Part shown: one piece after another, positions 23,401-35,170 of the stretch
Layout of the letters: every line of letters starts with the position of its first letter
Numbering within the stretch: the stretch's first letter is position 1
Assembly: GCA_038087875.1 (NCBI GenBank)
Contig: JAXLNO010000221.1
Span: 1-64,000, forward strand
Source: Malacoraja senta
Lineage: Eukaryota
DNA length: 64,000 nt
Reading direction: 5' to 3'
The notes under the pieces: model-generated
Database searches by the model: none
The model's input: only the letters and a program-made list of their open reading frames with translations
Told to the model about the DNA's origin: nothing
Made by a program: the position numbers and the translations under genes

Positions 23401-24925
23401 GGAGGTGTTTGCCTGACCGTAGCAGCTGGAACAGTCCGTTGCAGGGGTGGAAGGGGTCTCCCATGATCTTGTTGGCTCTGGAGTTGAACCTCCTGATGTA
23501 TAGTTCCTGCAGGGGGGCGAGTGTAGTTCCCATAGTGCGTTCGGCTGAACGCACTACTCTCTGCAGAGCCTTCTTGTCCTGGGCAGAGCAGTTCCCAAAC
23601 CAAATCGTGATATTTCCGGTAAAGATGCTTTCCACAGCCGCTGAGTAGAAGCACTGGAGGATCCTCAGAGACACTCTGAATTTCCTCAATTGCCTGAGGT
23701 GGTAAAGGCGCTGCCTTGCCTTACTCACCAGTGCTGCAGCGTGTGATGTCCATGTCATATCCTCAGAGATGTGCACTCCCAGGTATTTAAAACAGCTCAC
23801 CCTATCCACAGTATCCCCATTTATCCTCAATGGTGTGTACGTCCTCGAATGATGTGCCCTCCTAAAGTCCACGATCAGCTCCTTAGTTTTTTTGATATTC
23901 AAGAGGAGGCTGTTGTACTGACACCAGTGCCAGATCAGCCACCTCTTCCCGGTAGGCCTTCTCATTATTTTCAGTGATCTGGCCCACCACCACAGTGTCA
24001 TCAGCAAACTTGATTATCGAATTGGAGCTGAACCTAGCCACACAGTCATGTGTGTACAGGGAGTACAGTAGGGGGCTGAGGACGTAACCCTGGGGGGATC
24101 CTGTGCTAAGGATGAGGGACTTCGATATATTTCCTCCCACCTTGACTACCTGGGGCCTGGCGGTGAGAAAGACCAGGGTCCAGGCACACAGGGGGGTGTT
24201 GAGCCCTAATTCCAGCAGCTTCTCGGCTAGTCTGGTGGGGACTATCGTGTTGAAGGCTGAACTGAAGTCTCTGAACAGCATCTTCACATAGCCCCCTTCT
24301 GGCTGTCAAGGTGAGAGAGAGCGGTGTGCAGAACCTGGGAGACCGCATCGTCCGTGGATCTGTTCGGACGGTATGCGAATTATAACGGGTCCATGTGAGG
24401 GAGGAAGGCGCAGATGTGTTTCTTGACTAGCTTCTCAAAGCATTTCATGACTACTGAGGTGAGTGCCACTGGACGGTAGTCATTCAGACAGGCTGAGGTA
24501 CAGGTACAATGATGGATCTTTTGAAACAGGCAGGGACCACGGACTTGTCCAGGGAGAGGTTGAATATTGTAGTGAGCACCGGAGCTAGCTGCGTAGCACA
24601 GGACTTAAGTACTCGCCCCGAGATGCCATCTGGGCCTACAGCTTTCCTCGTGTACACCCGTGTCAGAGCCCTCCTCACATCGTGCTCGGACAACAAGAAT
24701 GTGTGCACATTCCTCCCTTCAGCTTCGTTAGCCAGCACGCTGGCGGTATTGTCGATAGTCGGCAAACCTGGGGTGATGTTGTCCGACTCGAAACGAGCGT
24801 AGAAGGGGTTCAGGTCATCAGCTAGGGAGGTGCCGGCACTTCCGGTTGAGGGGGGGCTGCTCCGGTAGTTGGTTACAGTCCGTAGCCCCTGCCACAGGTG
24901 TCTGGTGTCCTGCTGCTCCATCTGA
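23401..24925 (-). mobile_element. Rex1/Babar-like LINE RT region, frameshifted
   Basis: [70 protein letters not shown]. Confidence 0.85.
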
Positions 24926-25607
24926 GGATCATGACTACCCGACAGTGACAGTGTGACACTTTTAGATCCTACTGTATGTTGTCATTAAACAGTTGGTTTT
25001 AAAATACATATTGGATTCATCGCGGAGCGGGTGATGCCTTACCTGGAACGCCGTTTGAAGCTCTGGAGTGTTGGGCCTGCTGCTTCAACATCATGGAGCT
25101 GTGGTTTGCAGAGCTCCCAGCCTCGGGCCGCGCTGATTTCAACATTGCGGAGCCCTGGGGTCCCTTTGCCGAGGGACCCCAGGGCTCCACCCAGCTCAGC
25201 CTGTGGACTTCGCGAGCCGCGGTCTCCGGTAGGAAGTGGCCGATTCGGAAGTCCAAGCCGCTGAGAATGTTCTCCTGTTCCAACGTCGGTTGGTGACCCC
25301 CAAATTTCATTGTACCAATGGCCATGAGGGGGGGTCCAAGAGGAGAGGGTCCGTTGGAGACGGGTAAAGGGGTCATCAATGGGGGCGAGGACTCCTTCCC
25401 ATGGAAGAACGGTGTGAGGCGGATGCGATGGAACAAGAGCTCCACATCGTAGCGGGCGTGGAACTCATTGAGGTGGGGACAGAGGATTGGGAAACTTTTA
25501 TAGGAAACAAAACGGGCAATATGGGCTGAAAAGATGAAGTACGAAGGGAAGCTGGCCAGGAATATAAAGAAGGACAGTAAAAGCTTCTTTAGATATGTTA
25601 AGGGAAA

Positions 25608-25619
25608 AGAGAGAGAGAG

Positions 25620-25654
<35 letters not shown>

Positions 25655-26087
25655 CAGAGAGAGGGAGGCAGAGAGGGAGGGACAGAGAGAGAGAGAGGGG
25701 GACAGAGAGCGAGGGAGAGGGACAGAGAGAGAGAGGGGGGGACAGAGAGGGTCAGAGAGAGAGAGGGATAGAGAGAGAGACAGAGGGGGAGAGAGAGGGG
25801 ACAGAGAGAGAGAGAGGGACAGAGTGAGAGAGAGAGGTGGGGACAGAGAGAGAGAGACCCACAGAGGGAGAAAGGGAGAGAGGGGGGGCAGAGAAAGAGA
25901 GAGGAGGGACAGAGATAGAGAAAGAGAGAGACAGACAGAGAGAGATGGAGAAAGGGGGACAGAGAGAGACAAAGAGAGAGAGAGGGACAGAATGAGAGAA
26001 GGACAGAGAGGGAGAGAGAGGAAAAGAGAGAGAGTGAGGGACAGAGAGAGAGAGGGGGACAGAGAGAGAGAGAGAGCGACAGAGAGA
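25608..26087. repeat. (GA)-rich low-complexity microsatellite
   Basis: GAGAGA/GGGACAGAGA run. Confidence 0.97.
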
Positions 26088-26119
26088 ATGTGCTGGAGCG
26101 ACATTTTGGGTCGAGACCC

Positions 26120-26285
26120 TTTGGTTTAGTTTAGTTTGGAGATGCAGCGCTGAAACAGGTCTTTCGGCCCACGGAGTCCGCGCCGACCAGTGATCACCCC
26201 GTACACTAGCACTATCCTACGCACATTAGGGACAATTTAACAATTTTGCGGAGGCTGATTAATCTACAACCCTGAACGTCTTTGA
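26120..26285 (-). mobile_element. SINE 3' fragment with (CTAAA)n tail
   Basis: gtttagtttagttt tail; body matches the SINE at 49830-50080 (tatcctac..agggacaattt). Confidence 0.6.
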
Positions 26286-26476
26286 ACGGTTTCCTCCACC
26301 ATAAACGCACCCAATATGTGCTCGTAATGTCCTGTTTGCCAGCTTGTTGACCCTCTGTGTTCCCCTCCTGCAGGGTTTAGGAGCCATTGCTGTGGACGGA
26401 GAGACGGGGACGTGAGCAGCCATTGAGGGTGGCCAGGGTGCAGGTGTGCGATTGAGCTTCGAGGGGCTGCGCTTCG

Positions 26477-27535
26477 ATGGAGGACCCCATGATGGGGCAC
26501 AACAAGGAGAAGCATTATGAGTGCGACGTGTGTGGCAAGGCCTGGCACTGCCCGAGCAAGCTGGAGATCCACCGGCGGGTTCACACGGGAGAACGCACCT
26601 TCGACTGCTCGGAGTGCGGCAAGAGCTTCAAGACGGCGGTTGTGCTGAAGACCCACCGGCGGGTGCACACGGGCGAGAAGCCCTATGGCTGCTCTACCAG
26701 CGACATGAGCTTTGTCCGGTTGTCGGGGCTACGGCAGCACCGGCGGGTGCACAGCAGTGAGCGGCCCTTCACCTGCTCCGACTGCGGCAAAGACTTCAAG
26801 TCATTACCAGAGCTGAAGCAGCACAGGCGCGTGCACACCGGGGAGCGTCCCTACACCTGCACCCAGTGCGGCAAGGGCTTCACCTTCTCCTCCAAGCTGC
26901 TGTCTCACCAGCGGGTGCACACCGGCGAGCGCCCCTACACCTGCGCCCAGTGCGGCAAGGGCTTCACCCATTCCTGCAACCTGCTGTCCCACCAGCGCAT
27001 CCACACCGGCGAGCGTCCCTACACCTGCACCCAGTGCGGCAAGGGCTTCACTCAGTCCAGCAACCTGCTGTCCCACCAGCGCATCCACACCGGCGAGCGA
27101 CCCTACACCTGCGCCCAGTGTGGCAAGGGCTTCACCCAGTCCGGTCATCTGCTGGTGCACCAGCGAAACCACACCGGCGAGCGACCCTACACCTGCGCCC
27201 AGTGCGGCAAGGGCTTCACCTGCTCCAGCAACCTGCTGGTGCACCAGCGAACCCACACCGGCGAGCGCCCCTACACCTGCGCCCAGTGCGGGAAGGGCTT
27301 CACCCGCCCCTCCAAGCTGCTGTCCCACCAGCGGGTGCACACCGGCAACCGTCCCGTCCCCAACCCGGTGTGTGGGGAACGCTTTGCCGTGGCCTTCCAC
27401 GCCCTGTCTCACCAGCACGTGCACACCAGTGGCCAGCCCTACGACTGCCCGTACTGTGGTGAGGAGTTTGACAGCTCGCGGGGGTTGCGGCAGCACCGGC
27501 GGACTCACGCCGGCGAGCAGCTGCTCCCACTGTGA
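26477..27535 (+). CDS. KRAB-less tandem C2H2 zinc-finger protein, 352 aa (12 finger units, 10 canonical)
   Basis: CxxC..HxxxH with TGERPY linkers; fingers 3 and 11 each lack one Cys; upstream acceptor cccctcctgcag| at 26373. Confidence 0.88.
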   Translation: MEDPMMGHNKEKHYECDVCGKAWHCPSKLEIHRRVHTGERTFDCSECGKSFKTAVVLKTHRRVHTGEKPYGCSTSDMSFVRLSGLRQHRRVHSSERPFTCSDCGKDFKSLPELKQHRRVHTGERPYTCTQCGKGFTFSSKLLSHQRVHTGERPYTCAQCGKGFTHSCNLLSHQRIHTGERPYTCTQCGKGFTQSSNLLSHQRIHTGERPYTCAQCGKGFTQSGHLLVHQRNHTGERPYTCAQCGKGFTCSSNLLVHQRTHTGERPYTCAQCGKGFTRPSKLLSHQRVHTGNRPVPNPVCGERFAVAFHALSHQHVHTSGQPYDCPYCGEEFDSSRGLRQHRRTHAGEQLLPL

Positions 27536-27805
27536 CAAGAGAGCATGGGGGCTGTGGGAGAACCAGCGGTTACACACCGGAGAGAGACCCTTTGTGTGCT
27601 CTGAGTGTGGCAAGGGTTGCACCTGCATGTCCAGCCTGTGGCAGCACCGGCGTACACACAGCGGTGAGCGTCCCTTCCCCTGCCCGTTCTGTGATAAGGG
27701 CTTCACCCGCCTTGACCACCTGCTGGAGCACCGGCAAGTCCACGTCGGGCAGCGCCCCATCACCTGCCTGCTCTGTGGCAAGGCCTTTGCCCGCTCCTCC
27801 AGCCC
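27520..27805 (+). pseudogene. Out-of-frame residual zinc fingers past the ZNF stop codon
   Basis: HTGERPFVCSECGKG..HRRTHSGERPFPCPFCDKGF..HRQVH..CLLCGKAF in a different frame. Confidence 0.8.
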
Positions 27806-28104
27806 GTCACGTGGATAGGCGCTGTTTAGGTAGACACAAAATGCTGGAAGGAATGGGTAACGTTTTGGTTCATTTCTTCAATCACCCATTCTCTCCAGAG
27901 ATGCTGCCTGTCCCGCTGAGTTACTCCAGCATTTTGTGTCCTTTTTTGTAAACCAGTATCTGCAGTTCCTTGTTTTTAATCCATTCTGGTTAACCATCTC
28001 TGCACCTTCCCCAAAGCCTCCACATCAGTCCTGTAATGGAGTGACCAGAACTGTATGCAATACTGCAAATGCTACTTGACCAATGTCCCTTAAAGCTGCA
28101 CATA

Positions 28105-28336
28105 TACATTCCTCTCTCTCCCCTCTCCCCCACTCATAAACAAATTCTCTCCACTCCACCCTCTCGTGCCCCCTCCTCTCTCACACTCCCTCTCTCACCC
28201 ACTCCCTCTCTCTCCCTCTCTCACATACACTCCCTCTCCCTCTCTCACACGCACACACACACCCTCTCATGCTCTCTCACACACACACTTTCTCTCACAC
28301 ACACACTCACTCTCATACACACTCACGCACACACAC
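28105..28336. repeat. (CT)/(CA) microsatellite
   Basis: Direct reading. Confidence 0.9.
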
Positions 28337-28550
28337 CAAACACCTCCGCTCGGTTCGCAATAACCAACCTGATCTCCCGGTGGCTCAACACTTCAACTCC
28401 CCCTCCCATTCTGAATCCTACCTTTCTGTCCTGGGCCTCCTCCATGGCCAGAGTGAGGCCCACCGTAAATTGGAGGAGCAGCATCTCATATTTCGCTTGG
28501 ACAGTTTGCAATCCAGCAGTATGAACATTGACCTCTCCAAATCCAGGTAA
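28337..28550 (+). mobile_element. Penelope-like GIY-YIG fragment
   Basis: HLRSVRNNQPDLPVAQHFNSPSH..RKLEEQHLIFRL, same family as 1-262. Confidence 0.85.
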
Positions 28551-29849
28551 TACCTACCAAAGATCCTATAGATAGGCCACTCCTGCGAAATGCAATGGGC
28601 TGACGTGTAGTACGCAACGGAGCGGAACGTGGGCATTTTGTTCGTCCATTTCAGTAACCAGAACCTACCCGACCCGACTCGCAGTGTAATCAACGTTGCG
28701 GGGGGACAGTTTGTGTGTGTGATATAGGGTTAGATTCATAGTTCTGTTAGTTCATAATTCTGTTAATTCTTGTTAAAGAATAAAATGTTTATAAATTTTT
28801 ACTCTGGTAATTTTCTTTTTAAAATGTTTTTTAATCATTTCTTTTAACATGGCTCATGTGCTGTGTTTGAGTTGATAGCCAGAGAGTGGAATGAGATCTG
28901 TCTGTTATGGTGGGGTTATCTAATTTAAGTATTTTACAAAATTAAATTTTGTTTTGAGCAAGATTTACAAATGATGTATAACTTAAGGATGGTTTTATTC
29001 AGCGAGCATACAACTGATTAGATTGTGCTGGAAAGAACACAAATATATGAATGTGATATAGATGTATATAATCATATAACACACACATTTACATTTCTTC
29101 CAATTTTTATATCCAATGATGAACTTTATTTCAGACTAGACAAGGAACAACATTAAATAAAAAAACATTGTAAACCTCCCCGCAACTTCACTCTAGTGTC
29201 TCGGCCGTGCTGATCCGGGCCAGACTCCCCGCACGCTGTGGAAGGAACATCTTTTCGCTTTTATTGTGATTTATTTCTCTTTTTAACACTGAATATCTGA
29301 TAATGACACATTAGCAGCATATGGCACCAACCCACTCAATTTTAAATAATTCATAATAGCAATCCATTAACATGGTTAACACGTTATTTCTGACATGCAT
29401 AGTAAGATTTACAGAACTCACATTATTCTGTGTGCGGGATATACCGGGTTGCAGTGTTCAGTATATCAGCTAACCAGTGAAAGTGATGTACAATTCAACG
29501 TATGTAACACAATGGTAGCCCCACCCCTGCTTACACCAAAGAGCAAAATGTCCAACGTAGATACAATAATAAATAAATCGCCATTTGCATTGTTTTGCGC
29601 AGCTAACAAATCACAATTTCACACAATGTACATAAGACGGCAATAAATACTCCGCAGTTCGGTGTAGGAGATCATGGCGGCGAGTATTCTGGACCCACTG
29701 TCGACATCTGAAATTACAGAAAATATCATGCAGTCAATATGTTCTTATTCTGCATTAAATTACAGAGAGGTAGAAAGAAAATGCTCTTGAGAAGAAGATT
29801 TTTACAAGGATGTTGCCATGAGGCAACTAGTACTCCTGCACCTATTCCA

Positions 29850-30580
29850 GCACTATCTAAATGACGTCAAGTTGGCAAAAGGGGATGTACAACGGGATCT
29901 GGGGTTCCTTGTACATCAGTCTAGGAGAGTAAGCATGCAGGTACAGCAGGCAGTGAAGAAAGCGAATGGCATGTTGGCCTTTATAACAAGAGGAATCGAA
30001 TATCGGAGCAAAGAGGTCCTTCTGCAGTTGTACAGAGCCCTAGTGAGACCACACCTGGAGTATTGTGTGCAATTTTGGTCCCTTAATATGAGGAAGGACA
30101 TTCTTGCTATTGAGGGAGTACAGCGTAGGTTTACAAGGTTAATTCCCGGGATGGCGGGACTGTCATATGCTGAGAGAATGGAGTAGCTGGGCTTGTATAC
30201 TCTGGAGTTTGGAAGGATGAGAGGTTATCTTATTGAAACATATAAGATTGTTAAGGGCTTGGGCACATTAGAGGCAGTAAACGTGTTCCTGATGTTGGGG
30301 GAGTCCAGAACCAGGGGCCACAGTTTAAGAATAAGGAGTAAGCCATTTAGAACGGAGACGAGGAAACACTTTCTGACAGAGAGTGGTGAGTCTGATGAAT
30401 TCTCTGCCTTGTTAAGGGCGGTGGAGGCATGTTCTCTGGATGCTTTCAAGAGAGAGCTAGATAGGGCTCTTAAAAATAGCGGAGTCAGGCGATATGGGGA
30501 GAAGGCAGGAACGGGGTCCTGATTGGGGATGATCAGCCATGATCACATTAAATGGCGGTGCTCTGCACCTATTGTCTATT
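29850..30580 (+). mobile_element. CR1 3' part
   Basis: QRDLG..AVKKANGML..LVRPHLEYCVQFW..TRGHSLRI. Confidence 0.9.
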
Positions 30581-30844
30581 GAGGCCTCGACTGTATCTGA
30601 GACAAAGGGGAGCACCCAGCTAGCTTTAAGATCTGAACTATAGTGAAAGTTCAGGCAGACTTAATAAAATTCTCAGTACAAGACTGAGTCAATATGTTCT
30701 CATTCTGCATTAAATAGCAGGTAGAAAGAAATGTTCTCGAGGAGATGATTTTTACAAAGATGTTGCCATGGGGCCTCGACTATCTGAGCTCTATGATCTA
30801 ACTACAGTGAGAGATTGAACAGGCTAAATAAAATTTTCTTTAAA

Positions 30845-33575
30845 AAATATATATTTTTATTAGAAGCAAGCACATATCATAATATAAACATTTCATGTAT
30901 ATCAGTCGTACATTGTTAATATTATCAGTTGTAAATTGGTTCTGCTTCTAGTTTTTTATATAGATAGAGAGTGAGAGAGAAAGAAAACAAAAACTAATGG
31001 CATAATAAAAAAGAATGGAATAATTTACTAATAATACATCATTGGAGATAGGTTCCTAATTATAAAATATAACTTTTCATCTAATCCTGAGTTCGAGCTT
31101 CAGTGAGGTTCTCGTGCTGAACCAATCTACCCCTTCAAATAGTCAATGAATGGAGACCATATTCTGACAAAAAGTTATTGTTTGTCCATTAAGACAAGTC
31201 TAATTCTTGCCAAGTGTAGGGTCTCCGACATTTCCATAATCCACATTTTAATTGTGGGGGTCATAGGGCCTTTGCAAAATTTGAATATTAATTTTTTCCC
31301 AGTTATTATACTATAGTCGAGAAAGTTTATTTGGCTTGTTGTGAGTGTTAGGCTTTGTTCTGATATTCCTAGTATTATTAGTTTTGAGTCGGGATCCAAT
31401 TGGGTATTGACAACTTCAGAAATTATTCTAAAAATATCAATCCAGACATTTTTGATTTTTATACAATTTACAAAAGTATGCGTTAAGTTAGCCTCTAGAT
31501 GCTGACATTTATCACAAATAGGAGAGATATGTGGAAAGATCTATTTAGTTTTGTTTTAGAGTAATGTAATCTAATACTTTAAATTGTATTAAGGCATGTC
31601 TGGCATTTAACGAGCAGTGATGTATATATTGAAGACTTTCGTCCCAAATATCTTTCGTTATAGGTTGGCCTAATTCATTTTCCCATGTGTGTCTATATAA
31701 TTCCATCGATGGGACCTCGCTATCTAATAGGGTGTTATAAATAGAAGTTATTAATTTTTCTGTATTAGGATGTTTATTCAAACATCAAGAATTTCTGGTT
31801 CCCTAGTCCTATAATTTTGTGTATTAGATTTAACATAATCTCTAAGTTGTAGATAGCTGAAAAAGTTATTTGAATGTAACCCGTAAATCTGTTTTAACTC
31901 CTGAAATGAAAAAAAGTGCCTTTCCTACAAAAGATGTTCCATCTTTTTAATTCCATAATTTTTCCATTGTGTAAAACCATTATCCAATATGGAGGGTTTA
32001 AATAAAGGGTTATTTACAATGGGGAAACAGAGTGATATATTATCCAATTTTAAAGTATTTTTTAATTGTTTCCAGATTTGTATACCACTGTATATTATAG
32101 GGTTTTCCCTATAGGTATTTTTGTGCAGTTTTGTGGGAGCAAACATAATCGAACCAATTTCAAAAGGCAAACAGTCTTCCTTTTCCATCCTTAACCAATC
32201 TGGTTGCTGATCCATTTCTTGCAGCCAGAAATTCATGTTTTTAATATGGACTACCCAAAAGTAAAACAAAAAATTTGGTAAGGCTAAACCTCCATTTGTC
32301 TTTGATTTACATAGATGTTTTTTGCTTATTCTATGATTCTTATAATCCCAAATAAAGCTTGTAACAATGGAATCGATTAAAAAATAATAATTTTGGGAGA
32401 TATATCGGAATTGATTGGAATAGGTACAATAATTGCGGTAAAAAAATCATTTATATAGCATTAATTCTAGCAAACATTGAAATAGGGAGTGTTTTCCAAT
32501 ACTGAATATACTTATGTAGTTTATTCAGTAAAGGTGGGAAGTTTAATTTAAATAAAGAAGTTTATGTCTTAGTTACATAAATTCCTAAATATTTAAGTTT
32601 ATCCTTAACTATTTTAAAAGGGGATTGTTGTAGTGTATGTAAATTGAGTTCCGTTATTGGCATGATTTCACTTTTATTCCAATTAATTCTATATCCTGAA
32701 AACAGACCGAATTGAGTTATTAGATTTAATAGGTTTGGAATGCTAGTTTCTGGCTTTGTAATATATATTAATACATCATCTGCATATAAAGAGATTTTAT
32801 TCATTGTGTCTTTAGTATTATACCCATATATTTCTGGATGGGCTCTAACTCTTTCTGCTAATGGTTCAATTGCAAGGGCGAATAATAATGGTGATAGCGG
32901 GCATCCTTGTCTACAACCTCTAGAAAGATTACATTTAGTTGATAACATTTGTTTTGTTAATATTCCAGCTGTTGGATTAGAATATAAAAGTTTAACCCAT
33001 GTGCAGTACTTCTCCCCCAGTTGAAAATTTTCCATCACCGAATATAAATATGACCATTCTACCTGATCAAATGCTTTTTCAGCATCTAATGAAATGATTG
33101 CTAGGTCTACATTAGCAATTCTATTTGAGTATATAATATTGAATATTTGTCTCAAATTATAAAATGAGTAACGTTTTGGAATAAAACCTGTTTGGTCGGG
33201 GTGTATTAATTTGTTAATCACTAAACTCAATCTATGAGATTGAGTTAATATGAGATTTTAGTTAATATTTTCTGATCAGTACTTAAGAGAACTATTGCGC
33301 TATATGAACCTGGGTCTTCAAGATCCTTATCAGTTTTTGGTATAAGTGTTATTGTCGATTCGTTTAAAGTTTCTGGCAGTTTCTGTTGAGTGTAATCGTA
33401 TTTATACAATGTCTGTAGGCGTGGGGAAATCAGATCATAAATTTTTAAATAAAATTCAGAGCTTAGGCCATCGGCATCTGTGGCCTTTCCATTTTTTAAA
33501 GATCTAATTGACTCTTCGATACCTTTTACAGATATTTCAGCCCCTAGTAGTAATTCTCACTCTTTCAGATCTAAA
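30845..33575 (-). mobile_element. L1-clade LINE, 5'-truncated ORF2 (RT and C-terminus), decayed
   Basis: IHPDQTGFI; SLDAEKAFD; GCRQGCPLSPLLFALAIEPL; LYADDV; SGYRINWNKS; KYLGI; AATAAA/A-rich end near 30855. Confidence 0.9.
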
Positions 33576-33579
33576 CCTG

Positions 33580-33665
33580 AGCGTCGCCAGTTGGTCGGGT
33601 GGCGTCGCCAGTTGGTCGTGTCGCGTCGCCAGTTGGTCGTGTCGCGTCGCCAGTTGGTCGTGTCG
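33580..33665. repeat. 21-bp tandem repeat, 4 copies
   Basis: GCGTCGCCAGTTGGTCGTGTC units. Confidence 0.92.
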
Positions 33666-33844
33666 GGAGCAGCCGTTGGTAACGGCCGTTTCACGCGCGC
33701 ATTGGTGTGGTGTCGCTGACAGTTTAAAGCCGCTAAACTTCAAGGCAAGACTCGTTCGCCCAGGAGCGATGGTCGACTCTTGCGGTTGGTGAACGAGCGA
33801 AGGTCAACTGGGGAACAAACGAACGAACGGCCGAGCGTTAGGAG

Positions 33845-34110
33845 CGGGGGGCCACGAGTGACCCCGAGTGACGTCAACACCCCCCCCCCTCGTGCTCTGG
33901 GGGCCCCGAGTGACGTCAACACCCCCCCTCGCGCTCGGGGGCCCCGAGTGACGTCAAAACCCCCCCCTCGTGCTCTGGGGGCCCCGAGTGACGTCAACAC
34001 ACCCCCCCGCGCTCTGGGGGCCCCTAGTGATGTCAACACACCCCCACCTCGCGCACTGGGGCCCCTGAGTGATGTCAACACCCCCCCCCCCCTGCGCTTT
34101 GGGGGCCTCA
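33845..34110. repeat. ~40-bp minisatellite, about 6 copies, containing TGACGTCA
   Basis: GGGGCCCCGAGTGACGTCAACACCCCCCC units. Confidence 0.92.
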
Positions 34111-34275
34111 CGGGTGGGTCCGGACACCGGGTGGGAGAGCGGGAGCGGGAGAGAGTGGGCACACGGTGTCAATGCAGCAAATTCATGCTTTTACCACTTT
34201 ACCATCGCTTACAGCTGTCAGCTTAGGAGCGGTTAACTGAGTGTAATACAGTTGGGGGCCCGGGAGTGAGTGTAA

Positions 34276-35170
34276 TAGGGAGGTTTCACGGCAGTCGGGT
34301 CACGACCCATGACCCGTACTGTTGCTACGCCAAATGGATTACACGCGATGAACTGCAGGTAAGCACTGATCATTGTTTCTAGCGTAGCGGGCCCGTTAAA
34401 ACCCGCCGAAATTGTCAATTTTTGCGCTGTAAATAATTATGGAGATCGGGATAAGTGTGAGAGACATTTATCCTACTTCAGAATTCCATAAGTGAGGAGA
34501 AATGATGGTAGATAGAAGCGAGAGCTGAAGGGACAACAACAACCAAAGTGCTTGGCGAACATTGGCCGTTTGCTCACTGCATTTCATCAACTAAGGAATT
34601 ATTTGTGTTTTTTCTTGATTCCTTTGGCATCTAAAAAGTTTCAGAAGTGATAAATCTGGCTGTAAACGTTTAAAATCGCCCATGGTTCTCAAGTAGGTTT
34701 TTACATACAAAAAGAAAACGCCTCTAAAGCAAAATTTACAACCAGATTTATCACTTCTGAGACTTTTTAGATACCAAATAAATCAAGAAAAAACACAAAT
34801 AATGCCTTACTGTTGATGAAATGCAGTGAGCAAACGCGATAATTCCCAATGTGTTCAATCTCGAGATCTGCACGGCCAATGTTCGCCAAGCACTTTAGCT
34901 GTTGTCCCCAGCTCTCGCTTCTCTTTATTTTCATTTCGCTTCACTTTTGGAATTCTGAAGTTGGGTACATGTCTCTCACACTTACCCCGACTTCCACAAT
35001 TGTTTACAGCGCAAAAAAAAATCAACATTTTGGCGGTTTTTAACAGGTAGGAAAGTACGCGTTTCTTGCATTAATAACATATACCGGAAGTTACAGATGT
35101 TCCCCAGATGGATTGAGCGGCTCCGTGCATCAAGCCCTATGACCCAGTGACCTTACGTGCAACCCCCCTA
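34276..35170. mobile_element. Non-autonomous foldback/MITE-like DNA element
   Basis: Ends TAGGGAGGTTTCACG / CGTGCAACCCCCCTA; long imperfect internal inverted arms ~34395-34665 versus ~34740-35045. Confidence 0.6.

Noticed and set aside
25598..26129. Long SL-rich and ER-rich ORFs
   Set aside because: Translations of a GA microsatellite
26804..27781. 325-aa minus-strand ORF and alternate-frame ORFs
   Set aside because: Shadows of the GC-rich zinc-finger repeat
29730..30790. ~90-bp imperfect direct repeats around a CR1
   Set aside because: Diverged and CR1-like; too long and degenerate for a TSD; no LTR features
33580..34110. CRISPR-like appearance of regular repeats
   Set aside because: Head-to-tail tandem units without unique spacers, no cas genes, eukaryotic context
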